From Bacteroidota bacterium (GTDB taxonomy: Bacteria; Bacteroidota; Bacteroidia; Chitinophagales; JADIYW01), in assembly GCA_020436225.1 (NCBI GenBank), contig JAGQYE010000070.1, forward strand, positions 16,975-80,974: DNA of 64,000 nucleotides. Reading direction: 5' to 3'. The notes below the pieces were generated by a model. The model ran no database searches. It saw only the letters and a list, made by a program, of their open reading frames with translations, and was not told where the DNA came from. Positions 9,178-18,638 of the stretch are shown one piece after another. Position numbers and translations under genes: made by a program. The stretch's first letter is position 1; every line of letters starts with the position of its first letter.

Positions 9178-9345
9178 ATGAGCGTAATGATAATTATGTT
9201 GATAGGAAGCCTGATTATTTCAGGCGCATTTCTTATTGCATTTATCTGGAATGTGAAGGATAATCAATATGATGATGATTATTCTCCGGCTCAACGTATT
9301 TTATTTGATAACGATAATAAAGAAGAAGAAAAAACAAGCAAGTAA
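9178..9345 (+). CDS. ccoS: cbb3 oxidase assembly protein CcoS/FixS (55 aa)
   Basis: Hand translation gives MSVMIIMLIGSLIISGAFLIAFIWNVKDNQYDDDYSPAQRILFDNDNKEEEKTSK*. It has one TM helix followed by the Q(Y/F)DD motif typical of CcoS, in the expected position between ccoI and ccoN. It falls below the size cut-off of the ORF track. Confidence 0.8.
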   Translation: MSVMIIMLIGSLIISGAFLIAFIWNVKDNQYDDDYSPAQRILFDNDNKEEEKTSK

Positions 9346-9350
9346 ATATT

Positions 9351-11462
9351 ATGGAATTAGAAAAATTTTATTACGACAATAAGCTCTCTAAGAATTTCGC
9401 TGTAGCTACTTTATTTTGGGGTATTATAGGAATGATGGCTGGCGTTTTTGCCGCATTTCAATTGGCTTTTCCGGCTTTAAATTTAGATACAGCATATATA
9501 ACCTTCGGTAGGTTGCGTCCGGTTCATACCACAGCAGTAGTTTTTGCATTCGTAGGAAATGGAATTTTTACAGCAGTATATTATGCTATTCCTCGTTTAT
9601 TGAAAACAAAAATGTATAGCGATGTTTTAGGTAAAATCCATTTTTGGGGATGGCAACTTATCATCTTAACTGGTGCAATAACTTTAATGTTGGGATACAC
9701 TACAACTAAAGAGTATGCTGAATTAGAATGGCCATTAGATATAGCTATTACAGTAATTTGGGTAGTTTTTGGTATCAATATGTTTATGACCATTTTAAAA
9801 AGAAGAGAACGTCATTTGTATGTTGCAATTTGGTTTTTCTTGGCATCTTGGGTTACAGTTGCCATGTTACATATTGTCAACTCTTTTGAAATTCCTGTTA
9901 GCTTTTTTAAAAGTTATTCAATGTATGCCGGCGTGCAAGATGCATTAGTAGAATGGTGGTACGGTCATAATGCGGTTGCTTTCTTCCTAACCACACCATA
10001 CTTAGGCTTGATGTATTATTTTGTTCCCAAAGCAGCTAATCGTCCGGTATATTCTTATCGTTTAAGTATCATCCACTTTTGGTCAATTATATTTTTATAT
10101 ATCTGGGCTGGTCCACATCACTTATTATATACTGCATTACCTCAATGGGCACAAACATTAGGCACAGTGTTTTCCATTATGTTGTTGTTGCCAAGTTGGG
10201 GCGGTATGTTGAACGGATTATTTACTTTGCGAGGTGCTTGGGATAAAGTAAGAGAAGATCCAATTTTAAAGTTCTTTGTTGTTGGTATTACTTGTTATGG
10301 TATGGCTACATTCGAAGGGCCAATGCTATCACTTAAAAATGTAAATGCAATATCACATTATAGCGATTGGACTATAGCACACGTTCATATCGGTGCTTTA
10401 GGTTGGAATGGTTTCCTAACATTCGGTATGTTGTATTGGTTAATCCCAAGATTATATAACACACAATTAGCATCTAAGAAATTAGCGAGTACACACTTTA
10501 TTATTGCCACATTAGGTATGTTGTTATATGCAATTCCGATGTATTGGGCAGCTTTCCGTTCTTATTTTATGATGAAAGCATTTACACCTGAAGGTCAATT
10601 ACAATACCAATTTATTGATGTAGTTCAATCTACAGTTCCGTTCTATATTATGCGTGGAGTCGGTGGCTCTTTATACTTATTCGGTGTTTTCTTAATGGCT
10701 TATAACTTAGTAAAAACAGCAAGAAAAGGTACTTTTGTAGAACGAGAAGAAGCAGAAGCTATGCCTTTAGCAAAACGTTATACACAAACAGGCAGAAAAA
10801 TTTGGCACTCTATAATCGAAAGAAAACCGGTGTTAATGTTGGTAATGAGTTTCTTTGTTGTTTCATTAGGCGGATTGTTTGAAATAATACCAACATTCTT
10901 AGTTAACACAAACATTCCAACCATAGCAAGTGTAAAACCTTATACACCATTAGAATTGCAAGGAAGAGATATTTATATCCGAGAAGGTTGTGTGAATTGT
11001 CATTCTCAAATGATACGTCCTTTCAGACATGAAGTAATGCGATTTGGCGAATATTCCAAAGCAGGTGAATTCGTATATGATCATCCATTTTTATGGGGAA
11101 GTAAACGAACCGGTCCGGATTTAGCTCGAATTGGTGGAAAATATCCGGATAGTTGGCATTTCAATCACATGTATGAACCAACATCAATGGCGCCGGGCTC
11201 TGTAATGCCTCGATATCCTTGGTTGTTCGAAAAAGACTTAGATATTTCTACTACCATTTCAAAAATTCATGCTATGCGAAATTTAGGTGTTCCGTACGCA
11301 GAAGGTTACGAAGCAAAAGCAAATAAAGATTTAGAAAAACAAGCTAAAAAAATTGCAAGAAGTTTAAAGAACGATAAGATTGATGTCAGCTATAAAAAAG
11401 AGATTATTGCACTTATAGCTTATTTGCAACGATTGGGAACAGATATCAAAGCAGATAAATAA
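9351..11462 (+). CDS. ccoNO: cbb3-type cytochrome c oxidase, fused subunits I and II (CcoN-CcoO)
   Basis: 703 aa. The N-terminal polytopic heme-copper oxidase part carries conserved His (WWYGHNAV, HHLLYT, AHVH). The C-terminal CcoO part has the CVNCH heme-c site and GPDLARIG. This fusion is typical of Bacteroidota. Confidence 0.92.
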   Translation: MELEKFYYDNKLSKNFAVATLFWGIIGMMAGVFAAFQLAFPALNLDTAYITFGRLRPVHTTAVVFAFVGNGIFTAVYYAIPRLLKTKMYSDVLGKIHFWGWQLIILTGAITLMLGYTTTKEYAELEWPLDIAITVIWVVFGINMFMTILKRRERHLYVAIWFFLASWVTVAMLHIVNSFEIPVSFFKSYSMYAGVQDALVEWWYGHNAVAFFLTTPYLGLMYYFVPKAANRPVYSYRLSIIHFWSIIFLYIWAGPHHLLYTALPQWAQTLGTVFSIMLLLPSWGGMLNGLFTLRGAWDKVREDPILKFFVVGITCYGMATFEGPMLSLKNVNAISHYSDWTIAHVHIGALGWNGFLTFGMLYWLIPRLYNTQLASKKLASTHFIIATLGMLLYAIPMYWAAFRSYFMMKAFTPEGQLQYQFIDVVQSTVPFYIMRGVGGSLYLFGVFLMAYNLVKTARKGTFVEREEAEAMPLAKRYTQTGRKIWHSIIERKPVLMLVMSFFVVSLGGLFEIIPTFLVNTNIPTIASVKPYTPLELQGRDIYIREGCVNCHSQMIRPFRHEVMRFGEYSKAGEFVYDHPFLWGSKRTGPDLARIGGKYPDSWHFNHMYEPTSMAPGSVMPRYPWLFEKDLDISTTISKIHAMRNLGVPYAEGYEAKANKDLEKQAKKIARSLKNDKIDVSYKKEIIALIAYLQRLGTDIKADK

Positions 11463-11488
11463 TTGACTTAACAGATAATTTAATACAA

Positions 11489-11677
11489 ATGAAATTTATA
11501 AATTATTTAGAATCGATAACAGGAATTGGAATTTATCCATTGACCTCATTACTTATATTCGTCGTTTTCTTCGTTGCTATGAGTATTTGGGTTTATCGCT
11601 CTGACAATGGATTTATTTCCTACATGAGCAATATTCCATTAGATGATAATTCCATAAGTGATAAACCTAAATCATAA
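11489..11677 (+). CDS. ccoQ: CcoQ/FixQ-family small membrane subunit
   Basis: 62 aa with a single TM helix (IYPLTSLLIFVVFFVAMSIWVY) and the conserved SNIPLDD tail. Located between ccoNO and ccoP. Confidence 0.7.
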   Translation: MKFINYLESITGIGIYPLTSLLIFVVFFVAMSIWVYRSDNGFISYMSNIPLDDNSISDKPKS

Positions 11678-11686
11678 AATAATAGT

Positions 11687-12808
11687 ATGAAATCGAGAAT
11701 TATAAAATACCTTAGTTTAATCGTATGCTTTTTCTTAGTACAAAACATTGCGTTAGCCGAAGAAACAGTAAAAGCAGCCGAAACTGCAACAAACTCTAGT
11801 TCAATTAATTTACCAATAAACACAATTTTAAGTGGAGTTGCTCTGTTGTTGTTGTTTATTATTATCATCATGTCAATGACTGTCAAAAATGCTATAGATT
11901 TTTACAAGTCAAATCAAAAGAATATCAATAAAATAACTGTATTCTTTGGATTTTTATTATTGTCATATAGTTCGTTTGCAGAAGAAACAGCAAGTGCAAC
12001 AACTGTGGCTGTTAGTTCAAGTTCATCAGAAATGCTATCGAACATTTATTTCTATGCATTTTTACTGATAATTTTTGTGGAAGTTGCTATCATTCTTTAT
12101 TTCTTAAAGATGATTAATTTCTTAACTGGCATTCAAAAATACAGCGAAAGTACTAAGGAGAAAAAGTCTCTTTGGGCAAAATTAAATCAACTAAAATCAG
12201 CGGAAGAAGAAGAAGAAATCGATATTGGTCATGACTACGATGGTATCCGAGAATTAGACAATGTTACGCCACCTTGGTTTACAATTGCTTTCTTAGCTTC
12301 CATTGTTGCAGCTATCATTTATTTCTATAGATTTGAAATTGCACACACAGCACTCACACAAGAACAAGAATTTGAAATTGAAATGCGCGTTGCAAAAGCT
12401 CGACAAGATTCTATACTGAAATTGAGTGGCAATAGTGTAGATGAAAACAACGTGAAGATGCTTGGAGAAGCAGATATTGCTTCCGGACATAAAACATTTG
12501 TAGCAAATTGTGCTGCTTGTCACGGCGATAAAGGTCAAGGTGGTGTTGGGCCAAATCTTACTGACGCATATTGGTTACATGGCGGTTCTATCAGTGATGT
12601 ATTTAAAAGTATAAAATATGGTTGGGTTGATAAAGGAATGAAATCTTGGAAAGACGATTTTTCTCCAAATCAAATTGCGCAACTTGCAAGTTTCATCGAA
12701 TCTTTAAAAGGAACAAATCCTCCGAATGCTAAAGAAAAACAAGGCGAACTATACGTAGAAAAAGCTGCAGCCGAAGCACCTACTGATTCAACAAAAGTCA
12801 ATTTGTAA
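11687..12808 (+). CDS. ccoP: cbb3 oxidase subunit III (CcoP), monoheme form with extended N-terminus
   Basis: FixP_N-type motif HDYDGIRELDNVTPPWF, and a single CAACH cytochrome c site with GMKSW. The N-terminal 170 aa contains a duplicated hydrophobic-AEET-Ser-rich-TM module. Confidence 0.85.
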   Translation: MKSRIIKYLSLIVCFFLVQNIALAEETVKAAETATNSSSINLPINTILSGVALLLLFIIIIMSMTVKNAIDFYKSNQKNINKITVFFGFLLLSYSSFAEETASATTVAVSSSSSEMLSNIYFYAFLLIIFVEVAIILYFLKMINFLTGIQKYSESTKEKKSLWAKLNQLKSAEEEEEIDIGHDYDGIRELDNVTPPWFTIAFLASIVAAIIYFYRFEIAHTALTQEQEFEIEMRVAKARQDSILKLSGNSVDENNVKMLGEADIASGHKTFVANCAACHGDKGQGGVGPNLTDAYWLHGGSISDVFKSIKYGWVDKGMKSWKDDFSPNQIAQLASFIESLKGTNPPNAKEKQGELYVEKAAAEAPTDSTKVNL

Positions 12809-12811
12809 AAA

Positions 12812-14215
12812 ATGGAAATTGATGATATATATGAAGACGAGTCGTATCGAGACAGAATAAGTACAGTAACAGAAGATGGAAAACGAAATTGGGTTTATGC
12901 ACTTAAACCCAAAGGCGTTTATTATAATTATAGAACAGCATTAGCCGTACTTTATCTTTTAGTATTTTTTGGTTTACCATTTATAAAAGTAAATGGAATG
13001 CCTTTTGTTTTACTTAATGTTTTAGAAGGGAAATTTATTTTATTCAGTAAAATATTTTGGCCCAACGACTTCCATATTTTTGCTATTGCGATGATTACAT
13101 TTATTGTCTTCATTGCATTGTTTACAATAGTTTTTGGTCGATTATTTTGTGGCTGGATTTGTCCGCAAACTATTTTTATGGAATTTGTTTTTCGTAAAAT
13201 AGAATGGTGGATAGAAGGTAGCCCTGCCAAACAACGTTTATTAGATAAAGCCGATTGGACTTTCACTAAAGTTTGGAAAAAAGCACTTAAACATATTTTA
13301 TTCTTTTTGTTTTCATTTTTAGTTGCTCATACTTTCTTGGCTTATATTCTTGGAATCGATGAAATCTCTAAAATTATTACCGAACCTTTGAGCAATAACT
13401 TGAGTTTATTTTTGGGAATTATCGGCTTTGCATTGACTTTTTATGGCGTGTTTGCTTTTGTGCGTGAAATTGTTTGTACTACAATTTGTCCGTATGGAAG
13501 ATTACAAGGTGTATTGTTCGACCAAGATACGATGTTGGTCGCTTATGATTATAAACGCGGTGAACAACGTGGTAAATTCAAGAAAAATGAAGAAAGAATT
13601 TTGGGCGATTGTATCGACTGTCATCAATGTGTGAATGTATGTCCAACCGGCATTGATATCCGTAATGGAACACAATTAGATTGCGTTGGTTGCACCGCTT
13701 GTATGGATGCTTGCGATTTTATGATGGATAAAGTAGGATTACCAAAAGGACTTATTCGTTATGCTTCTGAAAATGGAATTGAAAAAGGCGAAAAATTACA
13801 TTTTACGCCAAAGATAAAAGCCTATACAGCTATTTTGATTTTGCTTACAGTTGTACTTGTTGCTCTTTTATTTTCAAGAAAGGATATTGATGTCAGTATT
13901 TCTCGTGTTGGCGGCCAGCTTTATCAAGAACAACCAGACAATAAATTGAGTAATTTATTTAATGCGAATATCATCAACAAAACTAATCAAACATTTCCTG
14001 TTGAATTTAGAGTTGAAAATTATGACGGAAAAATACAATTGGTTGGAGAACATGCTATTCAACTTAAAAAAGAAGATATAACAAAATCAACTTTCTTTAT
14101 TATTCTCAATAAAAAGGATGTAAAGAAAAGAAGTATAAAATTAGAAATCGGAATTTATCGCAACAATAAAAAAATACAAACGGTCTCAACAAAATTCTTG
14201 GGTCCGTTTGTATAA
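12812..14215 (+). CDS. ccoG: cbb3 oxidase accessory protein CcoG/FixG (4Fe-4S ferredoxin-type)
   Basis: TM helices with CGWICPQ and CPYGRLQ. Two ferredoxin clusters, CIDCHQCVNVCP and CVGCTACMDAC. C-terminal Ig-like domain. Confidence 0.9.
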   Translation: MEIDDIYEDESYRDRISTVTEDGKRNWVYALKPKGVYYNYRTALAVLYLLVFFGLPFIKVNGMPFVLLNVLEGKFILFSKIFWPNDFHIFAIAMITFIVFIALFTIVFGRLFCGWICPQTIFMEFVFRKIEWWIEGSPAKQRLLDKADWTFTKVWKKALKHILFFLFSFLVAHTFLAYILGIDEISKIITEPLSNNLSLFLGIIGFALTFYGVFAFVREIVCTTICPYGRLQGVLFDQDTMLVAYDYKRGEQRGKFKKNEERILGDCIDCHQCVNVCPTGIDIRNGTQLDCVGCTACMDACDFMMDKVGLPKGLIRYASENGIEKGEKLHFTPKIKAYTAILILLTVVLVALLFSRKDIDVSISRVGGQLYQEQPDNKLSNLFNANIINKTNQTFPVEFRVENYDGKIQLVGEHAIQLKKEDITKSTFFIILNKKDVKKRSIKLEIGIYRNNKKIQTVSTKFLGPFV

Positions 14216-14226
14216 ACAACAATAGT

Positions 14227-14661
14227 ATGAATTGGGGACATAAATTATTAATCGGTTTTTTGGCTTTTGTCTTTATGATAATCGGAATGGTATATGTTGC
14301 CATGCAACAAAATATAGAAATGCAAGATGATAATTATTATTCCAAAGAACTCGCTTACCAAACGGTGATAGATGGAAAAAATAATTTAAAAGCAATGCAT
14401 GATGAAGTCCAAATTAATGTGAATGATACATTTGTAGAAATATCCATTCCGGAAGCTGCCGCCACTTCTGTAGAGAATGGAAAAATTCGCTTTTTACGTC
14501 CGTCAGATGCCACAAAAGATGTGCTTTTGCCATTAGAGTTAGATGAACAAAATACCCAAAAAATTCCGATTCAAAAATTTATTAAAGGTACATACAGCTT
14601 GCAATTAAGTTGGACAAGCAAAAATTTGCCTTATTATTTTGAGCGGAGTGTTTATATTTGA
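14227..14661 (+). CDS. FixH family protein
   Basis: 144 aa. The N-terminal TM anchor MNWGHKLLIGFLAFVFMIIGMVYVA followed by DDNYY is typical of FixH. The position after ccoG is conserved. Confidence 0.75.
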   Translation: MNWGHKLLIGFLAFVFMIIGMVYVAMQQNIEMQDDNYYSKELAYQTVIDGKNNLKAMHDEVQINVNDTFVEISIPEAAATSVENGKIRFLRPSDATKDVLLPLELDEQNTQKIPIQKFIKGTYSLQLSWTSKNLPYYFERSVYI

Positions 14662-14663
14662 TT

Positions 14664-15371
14664 ATGTTGATGTCAACATTGATAGCAGGATTTACTATCG
14701 GAATCTTAGGTAGCTTTCATTGCGTTGGAATGTGCGGTCCCATCGCTTTAGCGCTGCCTGTAGGAAATGCCGGAAAGTGGAATCGTTTATTGTATATTCT
14801 ATTGTATAACATTGGAAGAGCTTCAGGATATGCATTAATTGGTTTACTTTTTGGTTGGTTGGGAAGTCGATTGTTTATTGGAAAATACCAGCAGATATTA
14901 TCTGTTTCGCTTGGTATTTTGATTTTATTTTTCTTGTTTTTTGCTGAATTTTTATCCTTCAAAATTCCATTTTTTGATAGTTATACAGCAAAGTTGAAAC
15001 AATATATCGTCCACTTTTTTAAATCAGAAAAACATTATTACACATTTTGGATAATCGGATTTTTAAATGGTTTTCTTCCTTGTGGATTAGTGTATATGGC
15101 ATTAGCCGGTGCATTAGCAACAGCCGACGTTGGTCACAGCGTTCTGTTTATGCTGGCATTTGGATTGGGTACTTTCCCGATTATGTTCTTAGTAATAGTA
15201 AGCGGAAAATATATTTCAATGCAATGGCGAAATCGAATGCGTCGTGTAGTGCCTTATTTTATTGGTATTATGGCTGTTTTATTGATACTTCGAGGATTGA
15301 ATTTAGGCATTCCTTATGTTAGTCCGAAAATGAACAACGAAACCGGAACGACAACCTGTTGTCATAAATAA
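14664..15371 (+). CDS. TauE/SafE- or DsbD_2-like membrane protein with Cys motifs
   Basis: Polytopic membrane protein with HCVGMCGP in TM1 and the C-terminal tail TTCCHK. It is the last gene of the cco cluster. The ATG at 14664 is preferred over the TTG at 14658. Confidence 0.7.
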   Translation: MLMSTLIAGFTIGILGSFHCVGMCGPIALALPVGNAGKWNRLLYILLYNIGRASGYALIGLLFGWLGSRLFIGKYQQILSVSLGILILFFLFFAEFLSFKIPFFDSYTAKLKQYIVHFFKSEKHYYTFWIIGFLNGFLPCGLVYMALAGALATADVGHSVLFMLAFGLGTFPIMFLVIVSGKYISMQWRNRMRRVVPYFIGIMAVLLILRGLNLGIPYVSPKMNNETGTTTCCHK

Positions 15372-16298
15372 TCACGACATCAAAAAGTCGATGTTTCTTT
15401 TTAAACCGGAATATTTTGTTCTTTTTACTGCAGATTTTCTAAATATTTCACCAAATACTTCTTCAGTAATATCTTTCCATTCTTGTCGATTCATATTGCG
15501 CAATTTTTCGTTAGGCTCAAATCTTGGTTCTTGATGTGGAATGGAAAAACGATTCCATGGACAAACATCTTGGCAAACATCACAACCAAACATCCAATCG
15601 TCTAATTTATTTTTAAATTCTGTTGGCAATGTATCTTTTAATTCTATCGTTAAATACGAAATACATTTACTGCCGTCAATAATTTTATCGCCAACAATAG
15701 CATCAGTCGGACAAGCATCAATGCATGCTGTACAAGTGCCGCAATGATTGGTATAAAACGGAATATCGTATTCCAATTCAGCATCAATAATTATTTCTGC
15801 CAAAAAGAAAAAAGAACCTTGATTCTTGTTGATGAGTAAAGAATGTTTTCCTACCCAACCAATGCCACTTTTTTTCGCCCAAGCATGCTCTAAAATAGGA
15901 GCTGAGTCCACAAAACAACGTCCGTTTATATCGCCGATTGTGGCTTGCATTTTTTCAAAAAGAATTTTCAATTTTTCTTTTACTACAAAATGATAATCTT
16001 CGCCATACGCATATTTAGAAATTTTTGGAGCGTCTTTGTTTTGTTTTTTCTCAGTAAAATAATTGTAGGTTAATGAGATTACAGACTTGGCATCCGGCAC
16101 TAAAATTCTTGGATCTAAGCGCATGTCAAAATGGTTTTCCATATATTGCATCGTTCCGTTATAACCTTGTTGTAACCAATGCTCTAAATGCGGTGCTTCT
16201 TCTTCCAAAAAATCGGCTTTAGCAATGCCACAATGTGCAAAGCCTAATTCATTTGCCCATTGTTTTATTTTGTAAGAAAAGATAGCTTTATCTTCCAT
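15372..16298 (-). CDS. queG: tRNA epoxyqueuosine(34) reductase QueG
   Basis: [16 protein letters not shown] and [13 protein letters not shown] ferredoxin motifs, CISYLTIE, and [11 protein letters not shown]. The length matches QueG. Confidence 0.9.
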   Translation of the reverse strand: MEDKAIFSYKIKQWANELGFAHCGIAKADFLEEEAPHLEHWLQQGYNGTMQYMENHFDMRLDPRILVPDAKSVISLTYNYFTEKKQNKDAPKISKYAYGEDYHFVVKEKLKILFEKMQATIGDINGRCFVDSAPILEHAWAKKSGIGWVGKHSLLINKNQGSFFFLAEIIIDAELEYDIPFYTNHCGTCTACIDACPTDAIVGDKIIDGSKCISYLTIELKDTLPTEFKNKLDDWMFGCDVCQDVCPWNRFSIPHQEPRFEPNEKLRNMNRQEWKDITEEVFGEIFRKSAVKRTKYSGLKRNIDFLMS

Positions 16299-16337
16299 TC
16301 TCTACATAAACTTATGCTTGTTTTTTCAAGATGATTA

Positions 16338-17342
16338 TTACCAAATAATCCCAATCTTACCCATAGTTTTTCGTGCTTCCATATCGTCGTGTGCTTGTGC
16401 AATATCTTGTGCTGCGTACATTTTTCCAACGTGTGGATTTATTTTATTTTCTTCCAATAATTGGATAACCTGTTTCATGCAATATTTAAGTGTTTCCGGT
16501 TTATAATCGGCAATACGCAACATATTTACGCCAATTAAACTTCTGCTTTCCATAATAAAAACTGCAGGATGATACACGCCAAAAGCGGCTCCCATTTTTG
16601 CCTTTGTAAATAAATTATGTGCATCAGTCATCATAGAAGCACCATACGCAACTATGCGTCCGCCTCTGTTTAATACTTTATAACTCTTTCGAAAATTATC
16701 GGCACCTAAGCTATCAAATGCGACATCAATAGGTTCTTTTATTTCTTTAGAAAAATCTTTTTCTGTGTAATTGATACAAACATCAGCACCTTGTTGCTTG
16801 CAATAGTCCAATTTTTTTTGACTGCTTGCTGTTGTATAAATTTTGGCATTTTTAAGTTTACAAAGTTGAGTTAACGCAGTACCGACACCACCGGCACCTG
16901 CGTGTATAAGTACAGTTTCATTAGGCAAAACATTCGTCGCTACAGAACATGCATAAAAAGCCGTACTGTATTGAGTTGCTAAAGCTAAAGCTTTGCCAAC
17001 GTCCATATTTTCGCTGATTTTTGCAATTGCATTTTCTTTTTGTAATACATATTGACTATAACCACCAAACCTTGTAAATGCCAACACTCGATCGCCCACT
17101 TTTACAGATTTTACATTCTTTCCGATTTTATCCACTCTTCCGACAGCTTCATATCCAACAATAGCCGGTAAAGGCGGACAATCTCTGTAATTTCCAAGTC
17201 TGGCAACTACATCGGCAAAATTAATTCCGGAAGCTTCCACTATAATACCTACTTCATCATCTTTAGGTTTATCAGGTTTTATATCTCTAAATTCAAATGC
17301 ATTTTTTGAGTTTCCAAATTTTACTAAATAAATGGCTTGCAT
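16338..17342 (-). CDS. Zinc-type alcohol dehydrogenase / NADPH:quinone oxidoreductase family protein
   Basis: MDR fold with GINFADVVARLG, a GAGGVG nucleotide-binding loop, and a length of 334 aa. Confidence 0.8.
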   Translation of the reverse strand: MQAIYLVKFGNSKNAFEFRDIKPDKPKDDEVGIIVEASGINFADVVARLGNYRDCPPLPAIVGYEAVGRVDKIGKNVKSVKVGDRVLAFTRFGGYSQYVLQKENAIAKISENMDVGKALALATQYSTAFYACSVATNVLPNETVLIHAGAGGVGTALTQLCKLKNAKIYTTASSQKKLDYCKQQGADVCINYTEKDFSKEIKEPIDVAFDSLGADNFRKSYKVLNRGGRIVAYGASMMTDAHNLFTKAKMGAAFGVYHPAVFIMESRSLIGVNMLRIADYKPETLKYCMKQVIQLLEENKINPHVGKMYAAQDIAQAHDDMEARKTMGKIGIIW

Positions 17343-17369
17343 AATTGTATTGTTTTTGATTTTAGTATA

Positions 17370-18593
17370 TTAGATAATTCTGTTTATTTTATAATTTATT
17401 TTATATAAAACGTCGTTTCTCAGAAATTGAATATTTATCTTTTTCCCAATTTTCCGATTCAACAAATATAAGGCATCTTCTAAATCTATTGTGCTTGATT
17501 TATGGTTGTCTATCTTTATAATCTCGTCACCTTTTTGTAAACCTGCAATAGATGGAGCCGAGCTTTCTGTAACACTCTTCACAACAAATCCGTAATTTTT
17601 GGTTTTATTCTCCAACAAGATAATATTGGAAATGTTTAAATCGAAGATATCGTTGTAATGTTTATTTGGATGTAAATAAATTGCATTTTCAGGATAGGCA
17701 AAATATGCATCAAATCGGAATAAAATATCATTTCCAATATTGCCATCTAAATCATATTCGTCGTGTTTATTGTTGATTGAATAGACATCGCTATATGCTG
17801 CAATGACATTTTTAAATTTGAACGTATCTACAAATAGTTGATGAACTCTGCTGATTTTTGAATACATGGCACCAGCAAGTCCTTCGCCAATTTCAGCATC
17901 AATGTATTTATGGATGTGTAAATCCTCCGGCGAAACATTTTTAATAATAAGAGAAATATTGGCACCTGTGTCGAAAAGCAATTCTGAAGTGTACACCTCG
18001 TTATTGTCGTTCATTAATACGCAAGAAGTGTACCCTTTGCTATTTCTAATGGTGATAGGTAATTTGGTATAAGCTGATTTGATTTTCTTTTTTGGTTTTT
18101 TCTCAAAGAGCTCAATTTGCCGTTTTTTGAAATTGAGATGAACATAATATTTTTCGAATAACTCTGCTCCAAAAATTCCATCTACATTTATTCCAAGATA
18201 TTTTTCTAAGTTAATGGAGTCTTTACTTAAAATGAAAACAGGAATATTTTGACCAAATAATGCGCCCAATTTTAAAGTTGCATTATTTAGCTTTATCATC
18301 TCAACAGAATCTTTTACACCTAATCCAACAAAATATAGTTTTTTTCTACTTTCAATTTGAAAAGAATCTAACCACATTGGATGCAAAATAATGGTGCTTT
18401 TACAACCGGAATCAAAAATAAATTGCAATGTTTTTCCATTTATTTCTAAATCTGCAATAATGATATTGTTGTATAGTTTAAACGGAATACTTGTTTTTCC
18501 TTTTTTTTGTTGAATATCGTATGTAGGAGAAGCATTAGCATGTATTCCGACTAACATAAGCCAGCAAAATCCAATTATTTGTATGCGTCTCAC
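17370..18593 (-). CDS. Secreted tandem retropepsin-like aspartyl protease with C-terminal PDZ domain
   Basis: Signal peptide and GTG start. Two aspartic motifs, FIFDSGCKSTII and LLFDTGANISLI. C-terminal PDZ-like AGLQKGDEIIKIDN. Confidence 0.7.
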   Translation of the reverse strand: MRRIQIIGFCWLMLVGIHANASPTYDIQQKKGKTSIPFKLYNNIIIADLEINGKTLQFIFDSGCKSTIILHPMWLDSFQIESRKKLYFVGLGVKDSVEMIKLNNATLKLGALFGQNIPVFILSKDSINLEKYLGINVDGIFGAELFEKYYVHLNFKKRQIELFEKKPKKKIKSAYTKLPITIRNSKGYTSCVLMNDNNEVYTSELLFDTGANISLIIKNVSPEDLHIHKYIDAEIGEGLAGAMYSKISRVHQLFVDTFKFKNVIAAYSDVYSINNKHDEYDLDGNIGNDILFRFDAYFAYPENAIYLHPNKHYNDIFDLNISNIILLENKTKNYGFVVKSVTESSAPSIAGLQKGDEIIKIDNHKSSTIDLEDALYLLNRKIGKKINIQFLRNDVLYKINYKINRII

Positions 18594-18626
18594 CTTATAA
18601 ATTTAGAATTAATTTGCATATAAATG

Positions 18627-18634
18627 TATTTTTG
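18627..18634 (+). promoter_or_regulatory. -7 promoter box (TATTTTTG)
   Basis: Exact TAnnTTTG match 4 nt before the ATG at 18639. This places the ORF-track start at 18624 inside the promoter and supports 18639. Confidence 0.4.
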
Positions 18635-18638
18635 CGGT

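Noticed and set aside
8571-15322. Short internal or antisense ORFs inside the cco cluster (8571-8834, 8725-8937, 9581-9793, 11620-11886, 12293-12538, 12952-13266, 13443-13634, 14106-14303, 14717-14962, 15047-15322)
   Set aside because: All are nested in, or antisense to, cco genes that have clear functional motifs. None has a recognisable domain.
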